A stretch of 64,000 bases of DNA from Podarcis tiliguerta. Its lineage: Eukaryota. A model generated the notes under the pieces. The model searched no databases and was not told the origin of the DNA. It was given only the letters and a program-made list of their open reading frames with translations. Location: assembly GCA_965153285.1 (NCBI GenBank), contig OZ229118.1. The stretch is one strand, 5' to 3'. This document shows positions 1 through 11,180 of this stretch, one piece after another (positions within the stretch are counted from its first letter, which is position 1; each line of letters starts with the position of its first letter). Both the position numbers and the translations under genes were made by a program.

Positions 1-668
1 ATTTCAGTCCCTCTAGCATGCCATAAAAATGTAGTGTTCTTCTTCTTCTTCACTATTTAATGTTCAGGATTCTGCATTCAGGCAACCAGCTCTCACTACA
101 CTTTGCCTTTGGAAATAGAATGGGAGCACAGAGGCAGACAATCTGTCCCAAACAGGAAATGCCTCAATGTTCTCTAGGCAAAAGGCATGTGGCAGGAGAA
201 ATGGCAAGCTCTAAGAATATCCATCACTTCCTTTGCGTGGGCAGAGACAGAAGTCAGCACAGGAAGTTGGTTGGCTATAGGACAAATAACAAGATGAAGC
301 AGGTGAAGCATTTCTCTGCCTAAATTTCAAAACTGAGTTAAGTGCATCCCTTCTGATATCTTACATTGAAATAGACAGAACTTTGACTCCCAACAGTCAC
401 CAGTGCATATGAATATTTTTGAACTCTTTGCAAGTGTTGGATTTTCCATTATCAGAACTGTTATCAGAGAATGCAAGCAAGTAAGCAGCAGGGACAGTGG
501 CTATTCCTCCTCCTCAATTATGGCAGCTCCATGGTGAACCCTCCTGAAAAGCAGCTGGCCCAAAATATTGGTTCTCTAACCAGAGGGGTCCTAAAATTGT
601 GGCTTGCTGTAAAACAAAACAATTTACAGTCACATATTGTGAATGTTTTTGTCCACAGAGTTTTGTCC

Positions 669-1075
669 AGTGAGAGCTGGACCATAAAGAAGGCTGATCG
701 CCGAAGAATTGATGCTTTTGAATTATGGTGCTGGAGGAGACTCTTGAGAGTCCCATGGACTGCAAGAAGATCAAACCTATCCATTCTGAAGGAAATCAGC
801 CCTGAGTGCTCACTGGAAGGACAGATCCTGAAGCTGAGAATCCAATACTTTGGCCGCCTCATGAGAAGAGAAGACTCCCTGGAAAAGACCCTGATGTTGG
901 GAAGGATTGAGGGCACAAGGAGAAGGGGACGGCAGAGGACGAGATGGTGGGCAGCTACGAACATGAGTTTGACCAAGCTGCAGGAGGCAGTGGAAGACAG
1001 GAGTGCCTGGCTTGCTCTGGTCCATGGGGTCATGAAGAGTTGGACACGACTAAACAACTAAACAACAACAACAAC
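669..1075 (+). mobile_element. Bov-B (RTE clade) LINE, 5'-truncated 3' end
   Basis: Translates as ESWTIKKADRRRIDAFELWCWRRLLRVPWTARRSN...GRQRTRW, the RTE/Bov-B ORF C-terminus. Ends in a (CAA)n tail. 11-bp TSD ATTGTGAATGT at 636-646 and 1076-1086. Confidence 0.95.
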
Positions 1076-1477
1076 ATTGTGAATGTATACCTAAGGTTTC
1101 TTGAACTAGTGAACCAGACTATATACTCCACTCCCTCCCAGACACCCAACAGTTTCCCAGGTTCCCATAGAATGTCTGAGGTAACACCAGAAGAAAAGCA
1201 GTGTTTGCTTAAATAAGCATGCAAAGCAGCAAGAGAGATTCCTGTACCAACCTGCTTGTGGGCTTTGGTGCAATCCAGCCAATCAGGAATTGCTAGTTAA
1301 TTGACAGAACTCACAGAATGGGGAGGAGGAGGGGCCAATTCTAAAACCAAAGGCCAATTCTAATAACAAGTAACGTGCTTCCTTCTGTGAAACCTCTTAA
1401 GTTCTACAGTACCTTTTCAATTTACATGGCAAACCCTTAAGATGATGTGCATATTTTGGTATCTCCACATCTTAGGG

Positions 1478-1674
1478 CAGGAGGTTGTTTAACTGGCCCA
1501 CAAGCCGTCCCCTAACCGAGCCGCTCGCTTTCGCAGCGCCAGAAATTGCGTCTGCGCAGACACAGGTGCCAGAAATCATGGGTGGGTGCGCTCATGCACA
1601 CACCCGATCCGGCCCACGGAGGGATCTCCACTGGAGTAAACTGGCCCAGGAAAGGTAAATCTTGCCGACCCCTG
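1478..1674. mobile_element. hAT MITE, left end damaged
   Basis: Perfect 8-bp TSD TCTTAGGG at 1470-1477 and 1675-1682. Right end TTGCCGACCCCTG is a Charlie-type TIR. Confidence 0.8.
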
Positions 1675-2959
1675 TCTTAGGGGGTGCTTCCACCCATGGG
1701 AGCTTCCCGATCTTCAAGAAGTAGTTGGTGAGCCTCTACTTAAATTGCAGTTTCTGAGACCTGTACATCTGGAGAGTACCATATTTCTTCTTAGCAAGGT
1801 AGTTGCCCCAAAGCTACAGATGACCTTTCAAAAATAAGGCTGTTTATACTCTGGGGTGAAAGTATTTAGCATGGCAGACTTAAACAATCTTGCCGTGATT
1901 TTACAGTTCTGTCACTGTGTTTTAGATATGCAGATGTAGTTACAATAATTGTTTTATAGCTGATTCTGTTATTTATTTATTTATTTATTTGCATTTTATA
2001 CTTGAAATGTTTTGTTGTTGGTTACTTGAAATGGTACAAGCTTGAAAAAGTATGTTATTATAATTATACTTTGAAAACCCAGATTGTTGGCTTCAGAGAT
2101 GGGTCAGTCCTGATTTATAGGAGCACCACTGTTGGGTGTATATCTTTCAGTAAACTAAAGGGAATGGTTCTTCCTTCAAAATTATATGAAACGGATGCAG
2201 GAAAAAGATTTTGCATTCTCAATAGGCAGGGCTGGCACAGTCAGCAGAAGAAGCTTTAGGAAGTAAGGGGTTTTTACTTCCACCCCTGGCCTTGGTAGCT
2301 TGCTGAATATCTTGCAACTATGAACATACATTCCAGCAAGTTTGAGTTTTACTACATAGAAATGTTGTCTTTTGATCTTATGGCAGAAGTTGATTCAGCC
2401 ACTGAAATTACCTTTTTAATTGAATCCCATTCATTCCAGAAATAGTTTTAACAGGACACAGTTGTTTCTTATCCAGCTCTACATACATTTCCTACTCTGT
2501 CAATTCTTTGATTGTTCAGTTCTTGTTTCACTTAGAAATGGGGAGTAAGGTTTGTCACAGATGGCCACAGCATAACAAACACCTGAGGGCAAAATCTCAA
2601 ACCTATGTGGTCAGAGAGTGCAGCAGATTCAACATCTTTCTTGTTAAAATCCATCTTTCGCAAACAATGTGAACTATGTGGTATTTTTGAAATATCTACT
2701 GCTTCCAGACAGATGCTGAGACATTCGGGCTTGGCCTGCAAACCCCTGCAGGAGGGCTGAAGAATTTCTGATGGGAAGCCAGGCCTAATAGACCTTGCCA
2801 TAGCTACAATTCTGCCTGTGGTCCCGACTTAACATTATAGGGAGACATGTGGCAAGTACCAACCCCATCTCCCTAGTACATCTCTGTGTCATGACGGCAT
2901 TCCTTCACCCCCTGATCTGCTTCATTGGCTGTCACTTGTGAGAAGTGTGGAATGTTAAG

Positions 2960-3125
2960 GAGCAAACTATCACTTCAGACATATGGCCCATCTACTCAGA
3001 ACAGCAATGACTGTCCAGAGTCCCAGGATACAGGTTTGTAACATCACTGGCTACCTGTTTGTTTTAACTGGAATGCCCGTGATCCAATCCTGAGTCTTCT
3101 GTGTGCAAAACATAAGCTCTAGTAG
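2960..3125 (-). mobile_element. Old Squam3-like SINE remnant
   Basis: Degenerate reverse-strand match to the clearer copies at 27135 and 28475. Boundaries approximate. Confidence 0.45.
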
Positions 3126-4148
3126 TGAGCTGCAGTGGCATGCAGTCTGTGGACTAGGGGGACTAGGCTAGGAAGCTTCTGCCCGGTATAGGGAGGGAAG
3201 TGTGATGCTCCGACAGGTCCAAGAGCCCTCCCACTACCTTCCCCATGCCCACCTGGCTTTGGGAAGGAGGCAAGAGGGCTCCAGAGTCCTGTCAGAGGCC
3301 TGGCGCCCAAAGTCCAGGAAGCTTCTGCCCAGCTTGGGGAGGAAGGCACAATGCTCACAAGTGTGACATCCCCATCGCCCTCGCAAACTAGGTCTGGCCC
3401 TAACTGTTCCGCTACAAAAAATTCACTGCACACCACTGGTAAGTTTTGGCCCTCACCACACAATGCCATTGCAATATTTATGGTCTTCAGCTCCATAAAG
3501 AGATATGGAGAAAAACACAGGCCAGCAGCATCCATAGGTCTGCCTGTAATACAGTGTTTGGGTCTCAGACTTCCATCCTGATCCTAAACGTATTTACTAA
3601 GCAGTCTCATGACTTCAACAGGACTCAGTTCTCCATATGCCTGCTTAGGTCTGCAGCATTGTACCTTCGCTCAGGCTCTTGTGGGCTGCACAGTATTTAA
3701 AATAATTTCACAATTGTTCCAATGTTTCTGAAGATATATTTACATACAAGATTTCTGTAGATAAAATTTTGCACCCTGCAGTGTAGTTTCTCATAGCTCA
3801 GTGTTGAGCAAATGACAAAAAACAAGTCACTTCAGTGGCATCTGTTGTCTGGCATCTGTTGTCATTTAACGAATTTTGGAAACCTTAACTTTCTGCCTAC
3901 CACCTACGACACACACACACTCTTGTGCATTTAGATACCACAAACCTGTGTGTTTCACAGTATGCCATACAAATTTAGCTTCCATATGTTCAGAGTTCCC
4001 AAGCACACTATAATCTACCAAGAGTTATACCAGTAGCAGCAAAGCCAGCATTCTACCAACCAAAATCAGAAGTATTCAGGTATGAATTTTAGATAAACAT
4101 CAATAAGGAGCACACACTGTAAGATAACAGTTATGTTGTATGTTAGAT

Positions 4149-4428
4149 CAGGATGGCTGGAGTGCTGCAAGACTACTTCAACACAGAACTCATGGGCAGC
4201 ACACTGCCTTGTTGTGGGGGTGGGGGCAAGGGGAAGGCACTGGTTTTGGGGAAGGAGGTAGGAAGGCTTTAGCAAGGTCCTAAAGCCCTCCCACCTCCTT
4301 CCCAAAGCCCAGTCCCTCACTTACCCAGCTCTGGGAAGGCAGTGCAAAGGAAGGGCATCAAATGTTTTTGAGGACCACCATAAAAGGCCTTGAGGGCTGC
4401 ACCTCGGGCCATGCATTGGACTACGCTG
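4149..4428. mobile_element. Old hAT MITE
   Basis: CAG...CTG ends, TSD TGTTAGAT/TGTAAGAT (7/8), GGCC-rich subterminal motifs. Confidence 0.55.
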
Positions 4429-5435
4429 TGTAAGATCACAAGAGCATGTAACCTCTCTCAACAGTCGTTGGGTCCATCAGCAGAGCCCTACACTGATTTT
4501 TGCTCACTATGGTAATCAAAGCAAGCTCGGTTTCATTTAGGTCTATGCTCCAAGATGAAAATAAGAAATGACTCAAAGACACTCTAGATATGAAATGGGT
4601 TCCTGTTTGAATACTTACAAATAGACTGAATAAGATTCATTGGCGAAAAGCGTGTAGAGTCCCAGTTCTGGTATTTCTTTTACCTAATCCCCTGGTGATT
4701 GTATACATAAATAGCATGCTACTAAACCCAGGTCACTTTAAAAAGATGAAGAAAGCCCCCCAGCCAAAAGAAGAAGAACTCTTTATTGCACTGGCTGGTT
4801 GTTCCTGGAGTTCCTCTAGATAAGACCACCTGCCTGTCCTTCCAGCAGTCCTCTACGCTGCTTTCATCTGTGTTGAAAGGAAACTAGCAAGACACACCTG
4901 TTCTGTGCCTGGGGGGAAGCACCCAAACAGCTTTGCATTTTGATAGAGCACCCTATATCAATTCTCTCTACCTTTGCAAGAGAAGAATCCTGCCGCATCT
5001 TGAGAAGCCTGTGACACCACACCAATTTTAGAGTAACTTTTCTACTGGCTTTGAAGTTCCATATAATTATGCAGACATGTGACAGTCATGTAACAGTCAC
5101 ATCACACTTCTGAATTTATCATAGGTCCCCATTTGTTATGATGTCTACATCCCATATGGCAAATTCACTCCAAATATGGTGGTTGCCAGCTTCACTAGTC
5201 AACAAAGACCTCACCAACAAGAAAAGAGATTTCACCAACCAGAAAAGCTGAAAGACTAACAGTACAAGCCTAACTATGTCTACTCAGGAGCAAGTTTTGT
5301 TAAATTCTGTGGGGCTTGCTCCTAACTAAGTAGGATTAGATTTGCATAATTACAGGTGTATGATTATGTGTGGGTCTAGCCCCACCTACTACTAGAATGC
5401 AGCCCCCTGCATCTTTCTTAATTTAGGGTGGAATC

Positions 5436-5485
5436 TTGTTGTTGTTGTTTAGTCGTTTAGTCGTGTCCGACTCTTCGTGACCCCA
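5436..5485 (-). mobile_element. Bov-B extreme 3' end, 50 bp
   Basis: (TTG)n followed by TTTAGTCGTTTAGTCGTGTCCGACTCTTCGTGACCCCA, the reverse complement of the tail at about 1025-1075. Confidence 0.9.
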
Positions 5486-5621
5486 AAATGCTGTGAAAAT
5501 GCTTTTTTAAATAAACATTTTGAAAAATACAGTATATTGAATTTGCCACCTAGTGTAACATTTGTAAATTGCACTTTACAACACATTTAAAACATTTTAT
5601 TTGCAGCTGCATAGATGAGTC
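5486..5621. mobile_element. Partial MITE-like element, one end only
   Basis: Imperfectly palindromic AT-rich body ending GCAGCTGCATAGATGAGTC. The other end is missing at the Bov-B junction. Confidence 0.4.
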
Positions 5622-5686
5622 GCAGCCAGATGGGTGGGGTATAAATAATAATTTTATATATTTATTATTTATTATTATTATTATTA
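5622..5686 (+). mobile_element. L2-type LINE tail with (TTA)n
   Basis: CAGCCAGATGGGTGGGGTATAAATAA plus a TTA run, the same tail type as at 8640-8687 and 13240-13320. Confidence 0.7.
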
Positions 5687-5709
5687 GCTCCCAGCCCCAG
5701 CCCAAAAAT

Positions 5710-6130
5710 ATTATTCACTATTGATTTATAAAATTTGCAGATGGCTTATCTATTTCTATAACATCTTACAACAACAACAAATCCAAAAATTTAAAAAAAA
5801 CACAAGTCATCTCAATTAAAATCACAGTAACAAAATTTGTTAAAATTAACTAAAATACAAAGAACATTGGTGAAGACATAAAACCAGCAGCTTCATTGCC
5901 CTGAAGGAAGTGCAAGGTTTTCATCTGGTGTCAGAATGCCAATAATGTGGGTGCCAAATTTCAGGGAAATGGGAGTTTCAGTGCTCCCTCACAGAAAAAG
6001 CCCACCTACACATTCTCTTGAAACAAACTGTCCTCATCAGAGGAACATACAGGAGAGCCTCTCTGAACAATCTCAGCTCAGGGGCGGGGAGACGCCTCTT
6101 TGGAGACAGACCCTTTTGCAATACTTGTGC
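5710..6130 (-). mobile_element. Old L2 LINE 3' fragment
   Basis: Degenerate reverse-strand match to the L2 ORF2 C-terminal region, compared with the copy at 39750. Boundaries approximate. Confidence 0.45.
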
Positions 6131-6763
6131 ATATTATCTAAAAAGGAGGAGAAGGAAGGGGTATATTTGTTTTCCTTTAGCACAACTGGTGGTTTTTCAA
6201 TATGCAAATGAGTGCAATCTAATCAATTGCTTAATCAGTTCATTGACAAGAGCATGTGATTCACAAGCTAAAGTTTCTTTAATCAGATTCCTTTTAATCA
6301 GGTGACAATGATGGGGAAAGGGTTGCTTCATAATGTTCTCTAGGTAGTCAGGTACATGTTAAAAGGCAAAGGGGAAAGACCAGTTAAAAAGAAGATGGTG
6401 ACCTTCATGAAACCTCTAAGAAAACATGGTTAGGATGTAAACAGAGGTACAATGCAAAGGGTTTTACTTCCAACTAAAGTTGCCACCTTTTTTCTTTTTA
6501 CATGTTAAAAATGCACAAGAGACATACATTCTCTGCATTGGGCACTTGGCCACCAACACATACGCTTGTTTGCTGAAATTCAGTCGTGAGCTATTCTCCC
6601 CACCTGGGCATTTGAACCTGGGAGCCCATGCACCCAATTTGAAAATCATACCCCAGACTGCAATCCAGGTGCCATGATTACAAGAGGTGCCAGGTTCAAA
6701 GCCCCAGACTAGTTCTGTCTAGGTGGAGAGAACTAGCCATACCATTTGTGGGCCGGGGGGGCG

Positions 6764-6984
6764 GGGGGAAAACAGCTCAATGGAAGAAGGCATGCTTTGC
6801 AACCAGAACGTTCCAGGTTCAGTCCCTGTCATCTCCAGGAAGAAGGATCAAAGGGCAAGAGATACAACTGATCTATCTCTACCAAGAGTCTAGGGAGCCC
6901 TTTATAGCCACAGCAGACAATAGCAGTCTAGCCTAGACAGAAAAATAGCCTGGGCCGTCACATGGTAGCTTCTTATGGCTTATG
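6764..6984 (+). mobile_element. Squam3-like tRNA-derived SINE, diverged
   Basis: A-box-like AGCTCAATGG and B-box-like GGTTCAGTCCC, followed by the family body and tail. Confidence 0.65.
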
Positions 6985-8411
6985 CACAGGTGCAAAGACG
7001 TAGCTTATGGCCCGTGTGTATACTCACTGCCTTGATATTTTACAGGAGTTGGCAATATATGAATACTTTTATAAATAAATAAAAATAAATCATGAGCTTT
7101 CTTTTCATCTCTCATCTAACCTGTATCAGTTCAACAGGAAAGTAAAAGCAAGCCTTTCCGTTTTCAGTTATAGCTTCGTTTATCCATCATTTCCCCCCTA
7201 ATTTCTTCCCATATTGCTGGGTAATTTCAAGACACTTAACCCAGTTCCACACACCCCAGCCCTCCACACACACACCCTCAAGACTTTGCTTACAGCAGGC
7301 AGAATGTGCATTTGCCTGGCAGAATGACATAAATATCCAACCAACCAGCAAATAAACACTGGCACACTCCTAGCTACAATTTCCCCATGCATAGCTTTTG
7401 AACAAACAAAGCAAGAGCTGGCCACAAGACAAAGGAAGAATTTGTTCTATTCAGTGAATTTTCTGCTCTGTAATATGGAAGCTGATAGGAAGCAACCGGC
7501 TTTTCACTTCAGCGTCTTGTTCTTCCCCCCGCCCCCATTATGATTATCATTATTGTTTTACTGGATCCTTGTCCAGCAAAATGTAATGCCTGCTCCCAGG
7601 TGCTTCTTTGCTGACGGTGATTAATGAGCGCAACCCCACAGCCAGCAAAAAATAAAAATAAAAACATTAAAAAGCAGTACACTCTTCTTAGCAGAAAACA
7701 GAAACAAAGCAAAACTTATTCAACTGGGCAAAGGCAGCTTGTAACATTGTCATCACAGGAGTTCTCAGGAGGTTCCAAGATCCACCAAAGCTACTGGACA
7801 CCTGGCACCATATGCAGAGCAAACCTGGGTTTGCCAAGCATACGCTCAACAGGAAACTGTGGTCAGAGGTGCAAGTCTAGCTACAAAGCTCTCCCTGGGA
7901 GAAAAGCAGACATCAGCACCAACTTCCCAGCACTGATGGAAGTGTGTAGCAAAACCACCCACAATTTTAGATTTCCCAGGGTGCCCTGATATAGCACTGT
8001 GGGAAATTCAATATGGCAGTGCCTCACAGATGCCCAATGCAAAGGGGGAAAGCAGAACCAGGGGAACGGGCAGGTGGGCAAATTGACTCTTAATCCAGCA
8101 TACGCCCCAACACCCGTGGGCTCAAAAGATGCTGGATGCCAACACTGAACCTACAGCCTGGGCTCCAGTGAGCCTACCTCATCTGCATGGCACGTTTTCA
8201 TTGCAGTCACTTGTTGCATTTGTACTTTAATATGCTACGTGCAAACCGGCCACTACTCAAAATTGGAAGCATCTCCACTTAGCACTTCAATTCCCCACAA
8301 ATATACTGGCTTAGTAATGTTGAGAGTTGTTCCCTTCAAATGCAACAATCAGACATGGAATTGCACACCCTAAAAATTCCAATTGGGGGTAGTTGTTCTA
8401 TATCTGGGGTT

Positions 8412-8687
8412 ATCCCGCGCTGTTCAGGGGACTTGACATCTTTCCGCAGGGCCTGTAAGACAGAGCTGTTCCACCAGGCCTTTGGTCAGGGCGCAGCCTG
8501 ACCCCCTCCTCTGGCAATCTGCACAGGGTCCTGCTTGCTGGTTGCCATTAATTTGTTTCTGATTGATTTTATGGTGAAAAGTTTTTAGAATGTCGGATTG
8601 TTTTTATTGTTGTTAGCCGCCCTGAGCCCGGCTTTGGCTGGGGAGGGCGGGGTATAAATAAAATTTATTATTATTATTATTATTATT
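8412..8687 (+). mobile_element. L2-clade LINE 3' end, relatively young
   Basis: Encodes FRRACKTELFHQAF (ORF2 end), then 3' UTR, terminal stem-loop GCCGCCCT...AGGGCGG and (TTA)n tail. Confidence 0.85.
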
Positions 8688-10269
8688 CAGATTGGCTCCT
8701 GACAAGTACATGATGTCTGTGACAAAAATGTCTCTCACCAAATGTAAACAAACTGTGAAAAAGACTATGAATTGAAAGTGGAGACAATAGATGTACCGTT
8801 CCCTGTTTATCAGGCTTGAAAATGAAGGTGGTCTGTGTGCCCTCCAAATACTATGGAGATACATCCTGGGATAATGTCCAAGGTCTGATTTCTGCAGCCC
8901 TACTTAAGAATGTTTCAAGAACTCCAATCAATACAACAAACAGTGTCAGAGTTATTTAGCTGGCATGTGAAACTTCTACACGAACACACCCTTTAATTAA
9001 AAAGTTTAAATAATGTTGAAAATCACAGACCTCATGTGTGCTCTTACATTCCCCTTAGGGCAAGGAAGATTTTTTAAAAGGAAGCAAGGCAAATAGAGCA
9101 CATTATTTTGTTGCTAGGTTATAGAACATCTCACATAAAACATCCAAATGATGCAGCAAGATAAAATCTGGCATGCAACAAACTTGCTCATCTTAACATC
9201 TATATCTTGGCTTCTTCAACAATAGGGATGATTGATGTCTGCTTTTTACCGATAGTGTAACTAACTTCTTGTCATTTGTGCATGGGGTCTGAATATGACT
9301 GGGGGAAAGGAGATGTGAACCCATTGCCTCCTTTAACTCTTATCTCATGGGCCTGAACTGTCTCCAGCTGTCTCCTGCCTGCCAAGTGCGCTGAACACCC
9401 AAGGCATGGAGCAATTTGAAAGGGAGAGGAAGGTGATAGATTGCATTTCTTTGTGCTTCTTCCCCACCCTAAAAAGGTCCATAATTGGGATAGGAGCACC
9501 ATCAGCGTTTATTGTTCTTGAACCCTCAATGAACTGAAAAGGATTAACTGATAAGAATTGCAATGAGAATGGCACCCAGTCTCAGCCAAAAGGAGTCCCC
9601 CTTATTAGACCACACCAACCCAATATGGCCAGCATTTGAGCATCCCAATGTATGTACTCATTTAATAAGAGTCTACAGCCACAAAGTAGCCAACTAGGCC
9701 AAATGACAAACCAGCACTTTTGACTCCAACAATGTTATACTTTGTGCACGTTCAACTGTATTGTGCATCAAAGTTCAACCAATGGTATATTAAAACAGGG
9801 CCTATTTCAAAGCCCAACCCTCGCCTAACTTAAGAAATGTTAAGCTCCATCCTGGGAATTGATGCACATGTCTGTCATGATTTTTAACTAGGCTGTCATG
9901 ACTTTTCAGTGTCAGAGCTGAAATTCCATAGAAAAGCTGTGGCAGAATCTTTCCATAGCTGTAGTATGACTGCTGGCTGTATTGACCTATATAGCATCTG
10001 ATACGGATGCAGGAAGGGGAGAGGGTGCTGGGCCATTTGAACCAAAAATGTGGAATTATTTATAGCTTGTTTTCATTATTATGTTCCAAGGCGGTGCAAA
10101 ATGCATTAGAAATACATCACTTGCTGTTATTCTTTCCACCAAAATTAAACAAACGGCTTTCCTGCACTCATTGACCTCTATGAAGGGGGTAAGGATATTA
10201 CCCTGTCATTATCAATATTTACATTTTAATATTTGTAATTGCAAGGATTCAACCATTTGGTATGGCAGC

Positions 10270-10550
10270 ACCTACTCTTTGGAACTCCCTGCCCATTTTT
10301 AGTAGGCAGGCACCTTAATGTTTTTGGCTCTTGCTCAATTTTCTTTCAAGCAAGCCTACCCAGACATGCAATGTGTAACATGCATTTTTATTGCATATAC
10401 TTGTTTTAAAACTGCTGGCATTATTTATATTTTGATGCGAATGTGTTTTTCATATTTGCTTTTTTTAATGTATATTTTAGATTTTTCTGTGTAAACCCCT
10501 TGGGGTTGTTGTCATCAATTAAGCAGTATACAAAATGTGTGCAATAAATT
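10270..10550 (+). mobile_element. Old L2 LINE 3' end
   Basis: TGGAACTCCCTGCCC (WNSLP motif) followed by a T-rich UTR and degenerate tail. Confidence 0.55.
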
Positions 10551-10859
10551 GTAAAGTTCAAAATCTGTACATCTCATTACTCCAAAAAATCACTTCTGTC
10601 TTTGGCAGGGCTGCATTTTGGAATTGTCAGTAGATTCCAACAGGCATCACTACATCGATTTATCTTTTTAAAAACAGGAAGAGTAAAATGCATGAGAAAT
10701 TGATTTTTAAAATAAATAAAAAAAATTGATACACAAATCAGCATCCATGGTGGTAGAGTGGAAGTGAGCTTAAATCTCTTTCACCATTGTAAGTTGTTAA
10801 TTTATATCCACCCAAATAATCTGTTTAATTTAATGCCATAACATCTGGAAAGGCTGCTC

Positions 10860-11050
10860 ATCACTTCGGTCAAAATGAGCACCAGCTTTGCATGGCAGGA
10901 GTTCTTATGTTGAAACCACCAGTTCATCTCCAGGTAAAAAGATCTCTGGTTTCAAGGCTCAGAACAAATCTTTGGCTGAGATTTCAGTGGGCCACTTGCA
11001 GCTGCACCAGACCCTAATAGGCTGAGTGGAGCAATGGCCTAAGTCAGCTA
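10860..11050 (+). mobile_element. Old Squam3-like SINE
   Basis: GCTTTGCATG...CATCTCCAGGT...GCAATGGCCTAAGTCAG matches the family motifs. Confidence 0.45.
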
Positions 11051-11180
11051 GCTTCCCCCAACCAGGTGCCCTCCAAATGTTTTGGACCACCAGCTCCCCT
11101 TATCCCTGACCACTGGTCACGCTGGCTTGCCTGAGGCTGATAGGACTTGAATTCCAAAGCCTCTGGAGGGCATTGGGTAG
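11050..11180. mobile_element. Palindromic hAT-type MITE, degenerate
   Basis: Same architecture as 43836-43973. Arms GCCCTCCA...TGGAGGGC are still complementary. Confidence 0.6.

Noticed and set aside
471-1061. 196-aa ORF, the longest in the track
   Set aside because: Chance fusion of flank to a truncated Bov-B C-terminus, with no RT or endonuclease domain. The antisense ORF 518-1057 is its shadow.
6749-6768. G-rich runs as G-quadruplex or GC boxes (also about 18223-18240)
   Set aside because: Interrupted poly-G tracts are common throughout the window, with no independent support.
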